The translations under genes and the position numbers were made by a program. Positions 39,888 to 49,126 of a stretch of 64,000 nucleotides of DNA are shown here, piece after piece; positions within the stretch are counted from its first letter, which is position 1, and every line of letters begins with the position of its first letter. The stretch is from Methanomassiliicoccales archaeon (lineage in GTDB: Archaea > Thermoplasmatota > Thermoplasmata > Methanomassiliicoccales > JACIVX01), in assembly GCA_038850735.1 (NCBI GenBank), contig JAWCLO010000010.1:4117-68116 (forward strand), in the 5' to 3' direction. The notes beneath the pieces are model-generated. The model ran no database searches. It saw only the letters and a list, made by a program, of their open reading frames with translations, and had not been told where the DNA came from.

Positions 39888-40380
39888 TTTCCGCTAGTAT
39901 TTTCTCAAAGACAATTTCGGACTGATGATCAAATAATACAAATTGTATGAACTTAATACCTGTGCCTTCTTTAATATGCTCAACAACTGTTCTAATCATT
40001 ATTTCTGCGGCCTTGTCTACTGGAAATCCGCCTACGCCGGTACCTATGGCTGGAAAAGAAATACTTTGAATTCCTAGCTCATCAGCCCTCTTGAGACTTG
40101 CCCGAGTGCAAGACGCTATCTTATCTGCATCTGTTCTCAGATCTTGACCCATGCCGGCTGCATGTATAACATATTTGGCCTTAAGACGTCCCGCACCTGT
40201 AACCACTGCCTCTCCGACTGGAATCGGTCCTTTTGATACAGCTTCGTTTTCTATTTCCCTGCCACCTTTCCTTTTGATGGCACCTGCAACTCCTCCACCC
40301 ATCCAGAGCATGTTGTTTGCGGCATTTACGATTGCTTCCGTTTCTGCCTCAGTTATGTCTCCTTTGATCACACTAATCAT
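39877..40380 (-). CDS. Macro-domain protein (ADP-ribose / Appr-1''-p processing)
   Basis: GDITEAETEAIVNAANNMLWMGGGVAGAI and FPAIGTGVGG. The start is taken at MISVIKGDIT; the ORF track extends to 40422. The stop overlaps the thpR start by 11 nt. Confidence 0.88.
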   Translation of the reverse strand: MISVIKGDITEAETEAIVNAANNMLWMGGGVAGAIKRKGGREIENEAVSKGPIPVGEAVVTGAGRLKAKYVIHAAGMGQDLRTDADKIASCTRASLKRADELGIQSISFPAIGTGVGGFPVDKAAEIMIRTVVEHIKEGTGIKFIQFVLFDHQSEIVFEKILAEIGR

Positions 40381-40530
40381 GGTATTATTGATCATGCGTT
40401 GCATATGACAATAAATTCGCATGGTTATATCTAAGGATATCTTGTCTCGGGCTCAAGGCGAGCCCTGATGAGAAGTTGCGAGAAAATTGAAAGAAAAATC
40501 TTATTTAAATGAACTCTTTCATATTCAAAG

Positions 40531-41472
40531 ATGACATACGATCTTATCATCATAGGTGCAGGACCTGCAGGATTAACAGCTGGTATTTACGCGCGTTCAA
40601 GAAAATTGAATACACTAATTTTGGAGGCAGGTGATGCTGGTGGCCAGCTTGTTTCGCTGTATCCTGATAAGGGTATAGAAAATTATCCAGGTTGTGTTCT
40701 TACCCAAGCCGAAAAGCTAGCGAAAAGAATAATTGCACATGCTCTGAATATGGGATGCATATTGCACGAGCACGAGATGGTTTTGGATATTGAAAATTAT
40801 GATTCAAAATTCCGCGTGATTACTGAAAAGAATGTCTACGAAGGAAAAGCCGTAATTATAGCAACTGGAATTGGGCTTTTCAAGCCAAAAAAACTGAATG
40901 TCCCTGGGGAAGAGAGATTTGAAAACAAAGGAGTTTACTATAAGATTCCCCAAAAAGAGGATCTCGTTGATCGGCGTGTTTTATTTGTTGGTGGCGGAAA
41001 TAGCGCTCTTGAGATGGCATTGATCGCATCTGAGGTTGCGAAAACAACCTATATAGTCCATCGAAGATCAGAATTCAGAGCGGACGAACTCATTGTAGAA
41101 AGAGTCAAACAGTCAAATATCAAAGCAATAATGAATGCGGAAATTAGTGAGATACGAGGAGATGATGTAGTCAGAAGTGTTGTGCTTAAAGGAGTTGATG
41201 GCAAAGACAAGGGAGAAATTGAAACAGAAGTTGTTGTCATAAGTATTGGGTACATTCCCGATCCAAAGGATATAAAACGATGGAAAGTTGAACTCGAGAA
41301 CGATTTAATCAAGGTTGATACGGCCATGCGTACATCAAGGCAAGGAATTTTTGCATGTGGTGACGTTATAACATATAGCGGCAAATACAAGCAGATTGTC
41401 ACGGCTTGTGGTGAAGCAGCAATCGCTGCCAACAGCGCTTACAAATATATAATGAAGCCTTATTGGTCGTAG
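40531..41472 (+). CDS. Thioredoxin-reductase-fold flavoprotein lacking the redox CxxC (ferredoxin-NADP reductase type 2-like)
   Basis: GAGPAGLTAG (FAD), VGGGNSALEMA (NADPH) and a C-terminal GIFACGDV. TrxR would carry C-A-x-C-D where this protein has GVYYKIPQ. Confidence 0.75.
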   Translation: MTYDLIIIGAGPAGLTAGIYARSRKLNTLILEAGDAGGQLVSLYPDKGIENYPGCVLTQAEKLAKRIIAHALNMGCILHEHEMVLDIENYDSKFRVITEKNVYEGKAVIIATGIGLFKPKKLNVPGEERFENKGVYYKIPQKEDLVDRRVLFVGGGNSALEMALIASEVAKTTYIVHRRSEFRADELIVERVKQSNIKAIMNAEISEIRGDDVVRSVVLKGVDGKDKGEIETEVVVISIGYIPDPKDIKRWKVELENDLIKVDTAMRTSRQGIFACGDVITYSGKYKQIVTACGEAAIAANSAYKYIMKPYWS

Positions 41473-41486
41473 GATATTTCAATTCC

Positions 41487-42224
41487 TTATGACCTGATTC
41501 TTGATCTGATCACCTTGGTCATTATGATAACGAGAATGAAACAAAATATCAGCCCGAGGACATTTGCAAGTATAGAAGAATTCTTATCCTCAAACAAGCC
41601 ACCGAGCGAGGAAAAAAGATTGAAAGACCCGTGAGCCGAAACTGCAAGTAGATAGAATGGCATGACCGAGGATTTATTAAATGATCTCCGAGCGATGCCA
41701 TACCCTGCAATCGACGATGCGCAGGCGTGAAGAAGCGCTGATGAATAGCTACGCATCAGTGCAACGATTAAGAATGTAACAATCCCGCCCTCAAACAAGG
41801 CAATCGATTCATAAAGAAGATTCTCAGTTGCTGCAAAGCCTAAACCCACAGCAGACCCAAATACAAGCCCGCTCCTCATGCGCTCAATTTTTTTGGAGAA
41901 TCTCATAATCCCAAGCATTTTTGCAAATTCTTCGGAGATAGGAGCTATCAACACAACCAGGATTAAAGATGGCAAAGATGGGTATTTTGTAAAAATTTCG
42001 TATTCTCTCGAGATTGGATTAAGTAGAAGTGAAATTGCAACAACTTCAATTATGATCGCAACGATAATCGCTATGATAGCCCCATATATAAATAGGACTA
42101 TAAGGTGCATCCATGACTCTTTTTTACCGTAGCCCGTCGATCTAAACCACGATAAGAAAATCACGGAAGGCAAAACTGCGGCGAGAACCAGGATTGCGAG
42201 GATAAGAAAGTCTGCATCGGACAT
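41487..42224 (-). CDS. PrsW-family intramembrane protease
   Basis: A polytopic protein with the EEFAK motif (APISEEFAKMLG) and downstream His residues in TM helices. Confidence 0.75.
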   Translation of the reverse strand: MSDADFLILAILVLAAVLPSVIFLSWFRSTGYGKKESWMHLIVLFIYGAIIAIIVAIIIEVVAISLLLNPISREYEIFTKYPSLPSLILVVLIAPISEEFAKMLGIMRFSKKIERMRSGLVFGSAVGLGFAATENLLYESIALFEGGIVTFLIVALMRSYSSALLHACASSIAGYGIARRSFNKSSVMPFYLLAVSAHGSFNLFSSLGGLFEDKNSSILANVLGLIFCFILVIIMTKVIRSRIRS

Positions 42225-42395
42225 CGCAACCCGATATGAGTTTGGTATTCAAATAGTACACGAAGATAGATCACAACAAATAAACTATCTATTGTCTAGG
42301 CACTAAATAAAAAACAAAGAATGATTTATTACAATAACTATTTCAATTCATAGTACTCATCAGGAGCCGGATTTTATAAGCAGATATTTAATCAA

Positions 42396-42572
42396 TCAAT
42401 TCTTCACAATGGTTATGCAACTATTGGGACATTCATCCGCACACGAACCACAATCCAGGCACTTTGACTCATCAACAACTGCGATCTCCTCGACTTCTAT
42501 GCACTCTTGAGGGCATACGTCGGCGCATGCACCGCATCCGACGCATTCATCTGCATTGATTTTTGCTACCAT
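42396..42572 (-). CDS. 2x[4Fe-4S] ferredoxin, 58 aa (below the ORF-track length cut-off)
   Basis: My own translation is [58 protein letters not shown]. It has two CxxCxxCxxxCP motifs, and GGAGGT lies 6 nt upstream of the ATG. Confidence 0.85.
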   Translation of the reverse strand: MVAKINADECVGCGACADVCPQECIEVEEIAVVDESKCLDCGSCADECPNSCITIVKN

Positions 42573-42946
42573 GCGAGAACCTCCGGCGCCATTAAAAGAA
42601 TCGCCCTATAAAGTTTTTTTGCGGATGAAAGATCAAGATTCCGATTTTCAAGATTATTCTTAGAAATCAGAAAACCATTGAAAATTGGTAATGATAGATC
42701 GAAAATCTTAGTACAGTCGAGAATAAACTAGAATGATGAGGAGAATTACCGCCAGCGTAGCCACGCAGCATCGAAACTTTCTAGCAATTAATGATCATTG
42801 TTTGAAATGCCATTGAAGTGTAATTTTCCGGGCGCCATTTTGTATAGGTACCATGCTTGTCTGGTTGTTGATTCGTATTCAACATCAAGTATCAAGTCTT
42901 TTTCGATGAAAAATATTAAAATAATAACCACTGACATGAACCTGAT

Positions 42947-44254
42947 ATGCCTTATGAAATTAGACCTATAGGTCTTGATGACTGGCTGAAAAGAAGATCT
43001 CAAAATCTTGACCAGGTAATGGATGGAGTAAGTGATATTATTGAAAAAGTGAGGATTAGGGGTGATGCTGCTCTAATTGAGTTGACCGAAAAATTTGATG
43101 GAATTAAATTGTCATCGTTAAAAATCGAAAAAGAAAATCTGCGAAAAGCGCTTCATGACATTCCAGATTCATTAAGAAAAGCATTAGAAATTGCAAAGAC
43201 GCGCATTGAACGGTTTCATATGATGCAGATGGAAAGACTAAATTGGATTGAGGAGATCGATAAGGGAATCTCAGCGGGGATTCGCGTCACCCCAATCGAT
43301 CGTGTGGGAGTTTATATTCCTGGTGGAAGAGCATCTTATCCATCAACAGCTTTAATGTGTATTGTTCCTGCAAGGGTTGCAGGTGTAAATGAGATCTGCT
43401 GCTGTACGCCACCGCCCATCAACAATACCACGTTGGCAGCAATCGAAATCGCAGGAGCTGAGGAAGTTTATTCAATCGGCGGCGCTCAAGCTATTGCGGC
43501 AATGGCATTTGGAACCGAAAGCATCAAGGGAGTAAGAAAAATCGTCGGACCAGGAAATCTGTATGTGGCTGCTGCAAAACATCATCTCGCGGATCGCATT
43601 AGAATTGACTTTCCCGCAGGTCCAAGCGACCTCGTAATTGTCGCAGATGAAAGTGCGGATCCAGAATTTGTTGCAGCGGATTTACTCGCTCAGGCTGAAC
43701 ACGATGCTCATGCAATGTGCATGCTCATATCGATGAACGATGAAATTTCAGAAATGGTTCTTAAAGCGATTTCGCAAATGATGCAATCATCAGTGAGACG
43801 AGATATTTTGCTTAGATCCATGCAAAATTTTGGTCTCGTACGAGCAAGAAGTGTGTCCGAAGCTATATCTATAATAGATAAGGTCGCACCTGAGCATTTG
43901 TCAATTCAGACGAGAGAGCCTTTGAAAATTGCGGACGGTGTAAGAAATGCTGGATCCATTTTCACCGGACCGTACACGCCTGTCGCATGTGGAGATTACG
44001 CAACTGGACCGAACCATGTGCTGCCAACTGCTGGTTATGCGAAAGTTTATTCGGGTCTTAGCGTCCTGGATTTCTGCAAAATATCTTTTGTTCAGAAACT
44101 TTCAATAGACGGTCTCAAAGTTCTTGCTCCTATTGTCGAAGAGCTCGCCCTATCAGAGGGTTTAGAAGGACACGCTCAATCCATTAAAATAAGATTGAAA
44201 AAGATCCTGAAGGAAAATTCTGCCAAAGAACGTAATAGCGATGAACGCGGGTGA
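42947..44254 (+). CDS. hisD: Histidinol dehydrogenase
   Basis: GPGNLYVAAAK, QAEHD and GDYATGPNHVLPT motifs. Confidence 0.92.
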   Translation: MPYEIRPIGLDDWLKRRSQNLDQVMDGVSDIIEKVRIRGDAALIELTEKFDGIKLSSLKIEKENLRKALHDIPDSLRKALEIAKTRIERFHMMQMERLNWIEEIDKGISAGIRVTPIDRVGVYIPGGRASYPSTALMCIVPARVAGVNEICCCTPPPINNTTLAAIEIAGAEEVYSIGGAQAIAAMAFGTESIKGVRKIVGPGNLYVAAAKHHLADRIRIDFPAGPSDLVIVADESADPEFVAADLLAQAEHDAHAMCMLISMNDEISEMVLKAISQMMQSSVRRDILLRSMQNFGLVRARSVSEAISIIDKVAPEHLSIQTREPLKIADGVRNAGSIFTGPYTPVACGDYATGPNHVLPTAGYAKVYSGLSVLDFCKISFVQKLSIDGLKVLAPIVEELALSEGLEGHAQSIKIRLKKILKENSAKERNSDERG

Positions 44255-44326
44255 CATTTAATTCTAACGCTTGAATTAATAATAGAAATGTATATGAAAT
44301 GGTCAATCTAAATCTGCACCAATAAG

Positions 44327-45211
44327 ATGATCAACAAAAGTCTGCACCAACGCTCAATACATCAGATGCTTGTAAATGCGCAGAGGAACGAGATTACTGA
44401 ACATTATGTATATGAATTGCTGAGAAGAAAATCAAAAATGGAAGAAAATTCTGAAATACTTCAGCGTCTTTCAAGAGATGAAAAACAACACTATGGCATT
44501 TTGAGAAGTTTAACCAGAAAGGATGTTCCCCCAAGAAGACTCATAATCTTTGGCTATCTTATCCTCGCAAATTTTCTTGGTCTCACATTTACTCTAAAAC
44601 TAATGGAAAAAAATGAGACCAAGGCGGAGGAAATGTATAACAAGCTATCAGTATCAATCGAAGAGATCAAGAAGATGGTCGATGATGAAGATCGGCATGA
44701 AAATCTACTTCTTTCATTGATAAATGAAGAGCGTTTGAAATATACTGGTTCGATAATCCTTGGGCTAAATGATGCACTTGTTGAACTTACTGGTAGTCTA
44801 GCGGGATTTACTTTTGCATTTCAAAGCGCTAATTTAATAGCGATGGCTGGATTGATAACAGGTATTTCAGCAGCACTATCGATGGGTGTTTCTGAATATC
44901 TTTCTACAAGGGCGGAGACGGGAAATAAAAATCCTAAGAAAGCATCGGGTTACACAACAGCCGCATACATTTTCACAGTAATTGCATTAATAATCCCATT
45001 CTTCATGATCGATAATGTCTTTTGGGCTTTACTGTTGACAATTGCTGTCTCAATTCTTGTAATTGTCGCATTTACATACTATATATCCATCGCAAAGGAC
45101 TTGCCATTCAAAAGCCGATTTCTTGAGATGGCGGGGTTGAGCCTTGGAGTTGCACTCTTTTCTTTTCTTGTTGGCTACTTTGTCAGAATAGCGTTTAATA
45201 TTGACATCTAG
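44327..45211 (+). CDS. VIT1/CCC1-family iron/manganese transporter with an N-terminal ferritin-like domain
   Basis: N-terminal E-x-x-H pairs (EITEHYVY, DEKQHYGIL, EDRHENLL) followed by a VIT membrane domain (GLNDALVELTGSLAG). Confidence 0.8.
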   Translation: MINKSLHQRSIHQMLVNAQRNEITEHYVYELLRRKSKMEENSEILQRLSRDEKQHYGILRSLTRKDVPPRRLIIFGYLILANFLGLTFTLKLMEKNETKAEEMYNKLSVSIEEIKKMVDDEDRHENLLLSLINEERLKYTGSIILGLNDALVELTGSLAGFTFAFQSANLIAMAGLITGISAALSMGVSEYLSTRAETGNKNPKKASGYTTAAYIFTVIALIIPFFMIDNVFWALLLTIAVSILVIVAFTYYISIAKDLPFKSRFLEMAGLSLGVALFSFLVGYFVRIAFNIDI

Positions 45212-45533
45212 TGAAATTTTTATCGCTTATTTATCTCCCTCAGAATTCCTTTGTTTACAATCTATTTATTATAATTTCAATAAAACCTGCTGCCACTTCA
45301 TTTAAAATCATGCTTCTAATAGAAGTGCTTGCCCCAAACTTGCCATTACGATAATGGTTTTTTGGGATTTAAGAGGGGCCTATGTTAAATCTCCCTCTGC
45401 GACTTTCATGCATATCCTCATTAAAATCTTTGGAATTTCGCTCCGCTTCTTTCATTTTTTATTTCACAATAATGCAGCTTATCGAAATATTCTCGCAATA
45501 ATTTTATGAATCTAGGACTCCATAGAAAAAACT

Positions 45534-45770
45534 ATGAAGATCTTCACGAGAGAAGAATTGAGACAATTTGATGGGAAAGACGGCAGGCCAGCCTACATCG
45601 CTGTTAAGGGGAAAGTATATGATGTTTCTAAGAGCACATTGTGGGAAGACGGCGAACATCAATTTGAACATTATGCGGGTATGGATCTTACGAAAGAAAT
45701 CGGCGATGCACCCCATGATGAGGATGTACTCGAACGATTTCCTGTCATCGGCCATCTTAGAGAGGATTAG
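45534..45770 (+). CDS. Cytochrome b5-like heme/steroid-binding domain protein
   Basis: FTREELRQFDGKDGRPAYIAVKGKVYDVS is the canonical start of this domain. Confidence 0.8.
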   Translation: MKIFTREELRQFDGKDGRPAYIAVKGKVYDVSKSTLWEDGEHQFEHYAGMDLTKEIGDAPHDEDVLERFPVIGHLRED

Positions 45771-45921
45771 GAGGCTATAAGAAGGGCAATTGAGACAATG
45801 CACCTAGTGTGTAGCGTCCTAACCCTATCGAATTTATGAAACGCTTATTCGTTTTTCTATTTCTTTGCCACATGAATCTACAATCTAGGTAGTTCTCCTA
45901 GGTTTGTTTCTGAAACCAAGA

Positions 45922-47043
45922 TCAATCGACTGGAACGCTCCTTGATCTTTCCTTCTTCGTTGCGTCCGCGATTGATTCGACTTCCTTTTTCTCTTTTTCC
46001 ATCAACTCTTCCAGTGACTGCAGATCTCTCTTCAGCTCTTCCTGTGTGGGGATTGGCCCAAGAATCTCGTCAACTTTTCCAACAGCCTTTTCAACATCCT
46101 CGATTTTTGTTACCTCTCTGGGTGGAGTTTGTCTGGCGATTCCAAGGTATTCACTCGCGCCCTCAACTAATCTCGTCAATTCGAAGGGCAAAATGAACTT
46201 TGTTGCTGGCCCACTTCCAAGTGCCTTAAGCGTTTCCAAAGATAGAACAGTTAGTGCCTTTGAATCAAGGGGTGTCGCACCAAGAGAAAGAATTCTAAGT
46301 TTCTGAGCTTCACCTTGGCTTCTCAAGATTGTTGCTAGCCTTTCTCCTTCAGCCTCGAGAATCTTTGCCTGCCTGATTCCTTCGGCTTGCAATATTCGGG
46401 CCCTCTTCTCTCCTTCCGCATTAAGGATTGCTGCTTTCTTTTGTCCGTCAGCTTTCAGTATTGCTGCTCTGCGTAACCTTTCGGCCGAGGTCTGCTCTTC
46501 CATAGCCTCCTTTACTTTTCCAGCGGGATCGACTTCTCTGATTTCTACCGCTTCTACTTTTACACCCCATTTATCGGTGGCCTCATCCAGTACATCTCTT
46601 AAATGGAGATTGATCTTCTCTCTGTTGGATAGTATTTCATCGAGTTCCATGTCCCCAATTATTGATCTGAGGGTCGTCTGTGCAAGATATATAGTTGCAG
46701 TTCTGTAATTGGTTACTTGGAAAAATGCCTTGGTGGGATCTATTACCTTAATATAAATGATGGCATCTACATTCGTCGGGGAATTGTCTTTCGTAATAAC
46801 CTCCTGTCGAGGGACATCAAGCACTTGTGTTCTTAGATCAATTTTAACAACTTCATTTATCAGCGGGGTTACATAATTGAAACCTTGATTGAGAACTCTC
46901 ACAAATCTGCCTAATCTCATATAAATGGCTTGTTCATATGGTCTTACAATTTTGATACCACTTGCGAGAATACCTATTGCAGTGAAGATTGCCAGCAGCA
47001 ATAATGCAAGTATAACCGCTTCCATAACATCCATTTTAGCCAC
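45922..47043 (-). CDS. SPFH/band-7 (stomatin/prohibitin-like) protein
   Basis: N-terminal TM helix, an SPFH core (VDAIIYIKV..., LRSIIGDMELDEIL) and Ala/Glu-rich coiled-coil repeats. Confidence 0.9.
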   Translation of the reverse strand: MAKMDVMEAVILALLLLAIFTAIGILASGIKIVRPYEQAIYMRLGRFVRVLNQGFNYVTPLINEVVKIDLRTQVLDVPRQEVITKDNSPTNVDAIIYIKVIDPTKAFFQVTNYRTATIYLAQTTLRSIIGDMELDEILSNREKINLHLRDVLDEATDKWGVKVEAVEIREVDPAGKVKEAMEEQTSAERLRRAAILKADGQKKAAILNAEGEKRARILQAEGIRQAKILEAEGERLATILRSQGEAQKLRILSLGATPLDSKALTVLSLETLKALGSGPATKFILPFELTRLVEGASEYLGIARQTPPREVTKIEDVEKAVGKVDEILGPIPTQEELKRDLQSLEELMEKEKKEVESIADATKKERSRSVPVD

Positions 47044-47102
47044 CTCTTCTCAACATCTCATCATGATATCTATCATACTTCAACAAATCCATCATCCCTT
47101 TT

Positions 47103-47603
47103 TTAGGGGCCTACCTTTCTTTCCTCCATTCTTCTTTCTTTTTCTAAGCTTGCTTCATCTATTTCTTCTACGAAAACATGCACCCCTTCGCTACTTTTTA
47201 CAATCACACGCTTCCCGACTGGTATGGTCTTGGAAGAAGTTGCACTCCAGATATCATTCTGAATTCTTACTTTCCCCTTAAGGCTATCTGGAGCCACTTC
47301 TCTTACTACGATGCCAATTTCGCCAACTAAGGATGCCGCTACCGTTGTCTCTGGGGGAACAGGCGGTGCCAGTCTTTGGTATAATTTTATTGTTATTAAT
47401 GTGGTTGGGATTAAAACGATGACTGCTGCAACTGGCGCCCACCAGCTAAGCAACCACGCCGGAGAAATGAGACCGATTCCGCCCAAAACAATAAGGACAG
47501 TCGCTGGGACAAGTATAAACGAACCTGGATATGCTGCCTCTATGATTAGCATGATGATTCCAATGACAACAAAAGCTAGTGCGAGGATTGTTCCTATATT
47601 CAT
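47103..47603 (-). CDS. NfeD-family membrane protein (stomatin operon partner)
   Basis: Hydrophobic N-terminal half plus a C-terminal OB-like segment (GEIGIVVREV...GKVRIQNDIWSA). It lies directly upstream of the SPFH gene. Confidence 0.85.
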   Translation of the reverse strand: MNIGTILALAFVVIGIIMLIIEAAYPGSFILVPATVLIVLGGIGLISPAWLLSWWAPVAAVIVLIPTTLITIKLYQRLAPPVPPETTVAASLVGEIGIVVREVAPDSLKGKVRIQNDIWSATSSKTIPVGKRVIVKSSEGVHVFVEEIDEASLEKERRMEERKVGP

Positions 47604-48196
47604 CGTTCATATAAATTGTGCTTGGGGTATTTGATGCTATAGTTCACCTTCTCATCAAAAATGAGATTTAGTTGCTTCTATGCATTTCAGGAATGCGATA
47701 TGCCAAATAGACGACTCTATATTGAATTCCAATAAGATAAGTACTCAGGATGAGAGAGGCAAAAACAAAATTCGAACTCGATTACAAATCGGCAAATGTG
47801 TAAATAATCTACCTCTGAATTGAAAAAATGAAATCTGGGTACTGAGAAATATATGATTTATCGGTTTTCATTGTCGTGACGATGAATGAAATTTGAAAGT
47901 TTTCATACTTAATATGATAATATGATTGTGAAAAATTCAGAGGTCCCTTCAAAAAATGGGGTATTGTAATGGCTATACACATCTAGAGCCAAGTAAATCA
48001 CAAACTTTTTGAAGATATCAAGATCCATTTTAAACAATAAGAGGTATACATGGATCTCACATAGTTCCTAAGATCTCATTAATGACTTGTCTTTATAAAG
48101 TATACATTTAGCAAAAATGAGCAGTGACGATATATGTGTAATCACCCCCGAGTTAAATGCATAATTTAAATATGCTTTGCAGGTTTGCTAACAAAT

Positions 48197-49126
48197 ATGA
48201 AAAGAAGCGGTAAATTTCATCAGTTTTTCTATTATGCTTTATGGCTTTCAAAGGTAATGGCTGGAACCAGAGATCCACTAGTCAATACCATGCTGATTAA
48301 TTATGAATGCAATTTGAGATGTAAGCACTGCAGCATTGCTGCACACCTCGATAAACTTACCGGTCCAATATCAATGTCCTTTGACACCGCAGTAGTAGAA
48401 ATGAAAAAATTTTACGAGGCAGGCGCTAGAATTCTTTTTTTTGAAGGCGGGGAACCAACTCTTTGGAGAGATGGTAATAAGACATTAAGTGATTTAATCG
48501 CAGTTGGAAAAGAAATAGGGTATTTTGTCATTGGCTATACAACAAATGGGACACGAAGAATCATTGGTGAAAGTGATGTTATCTCTATCAGTATCGACGG
48601 CCCGGAAGAAATCCACGATACCATTCGTGGATCTGGTGCGTATAGTGCGCTTATGAAAAATCTTGAAGAGATAGCTCATCCGAATATTTTTGCAAATATG
48701 GTCGTTAATAAGATTAACAAAGATGCTGTTGAGGAAACAATTAAACTAGTTGAACGAAACCCAAAAATCAAAGGAATCATGATCAACTTCTTAACACCCC
48801 CTCCTAATTCACTTGCTTTAGATTTTGAAGAAAAAAGAAAGGTGGTGAACCTGGTCATCGAAATGAAGAAGCAAGGATACTCTGTGCTTAATACTGCAAA
48901 GGCACTTAGAGAGCTCCTTGAAGAAGATTACTCGGAAAAATGCCCCTACTGGCTTTCCGCATTCGTTCTGCCAGACGATTCAAAACACTTTGGCTGTCCG
49001 CTTCGCGGAACAGAGTCCTGCAAACAATGCGGATTCAATGCAGTGAGAGAATATCGGTTAATTACCAGAGGGAACATGGAAACGATCATCCAGATGTCAG
49101 GAAGATTCGCGCTATCGACGCAATGA
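48197..49126 (+). CDS. Radical SAM protein (MoaA/PqqE-like, possible twitch/SPASM-type C-terminal Cys motif)
   Basis: YECNLRCKHC (CxxxCxxC) near the N-terminus, FFEGGEPT, and a C-terminal CPLRGTESCKQCGF. Confidence 0.8.
   Translation: MKRSGKFHQFFYYALWLSKVMAGTRDPLVNTMLINYECNLRCKHCSIAAHLDKLTGPISMSFDTAVVEMKKFYEAGARILFFEGGEPTLWRDGNKTLSDLIAVGKEIGYFVIGYTTNGTRRIIGESDVISISIDGPEEIHDTIRGSGAYSALMKNLEEIAHPNIFANMVVNKINKDAVEETIKLVERNPKIKGIMINFLTPPPNSLALDFEEKRKVVNLVIEMKKQGYSVLNTAKALRELLEEDYSEKCPYWLSAFVLPDDSKHFGCPLRGTESCKQCGFNAVREYRLITRGNMETIIQMSGRFALSTQ

Noticed and set aside
40449-40472. A GC-rich hairpin (GGGCTC-AAGGC-GAGCCC) followed directly by CUGAUGAG, which recalls a hammerhead core or a C/D-box C motif.
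   Set aside because: The sequence after CUGAUGA cannot form a stem II closed by GAAA, no stem III or cleavage site is apparent, and no CUGA D box lies downstream at sRNA spacing. It is most likely a chance motif in a divergent promoter region.
42732-42830. AAUGAUGA followed 12 nt later by CCAG, with a later AAUGAUCA, considered as a possible C/D-box sRNA upstream of hisD.
   Set aside because: The D' and D boxes do not match CUGA, the spacing between boxes is wrong, and there is no terminal stem.
47771-47782. TTCGAACTCGAT resembles the T-arm segment of the tRNA-Cys gene (TTTGAACTCGAG) and could be a tRNA fragment or att-site remnant.
   Set aside because: The flanking bases cannot form a T stem or acceptor stem, the match is only about 10 of 12-13 bases, and no integrase or direct repeat partner is present.
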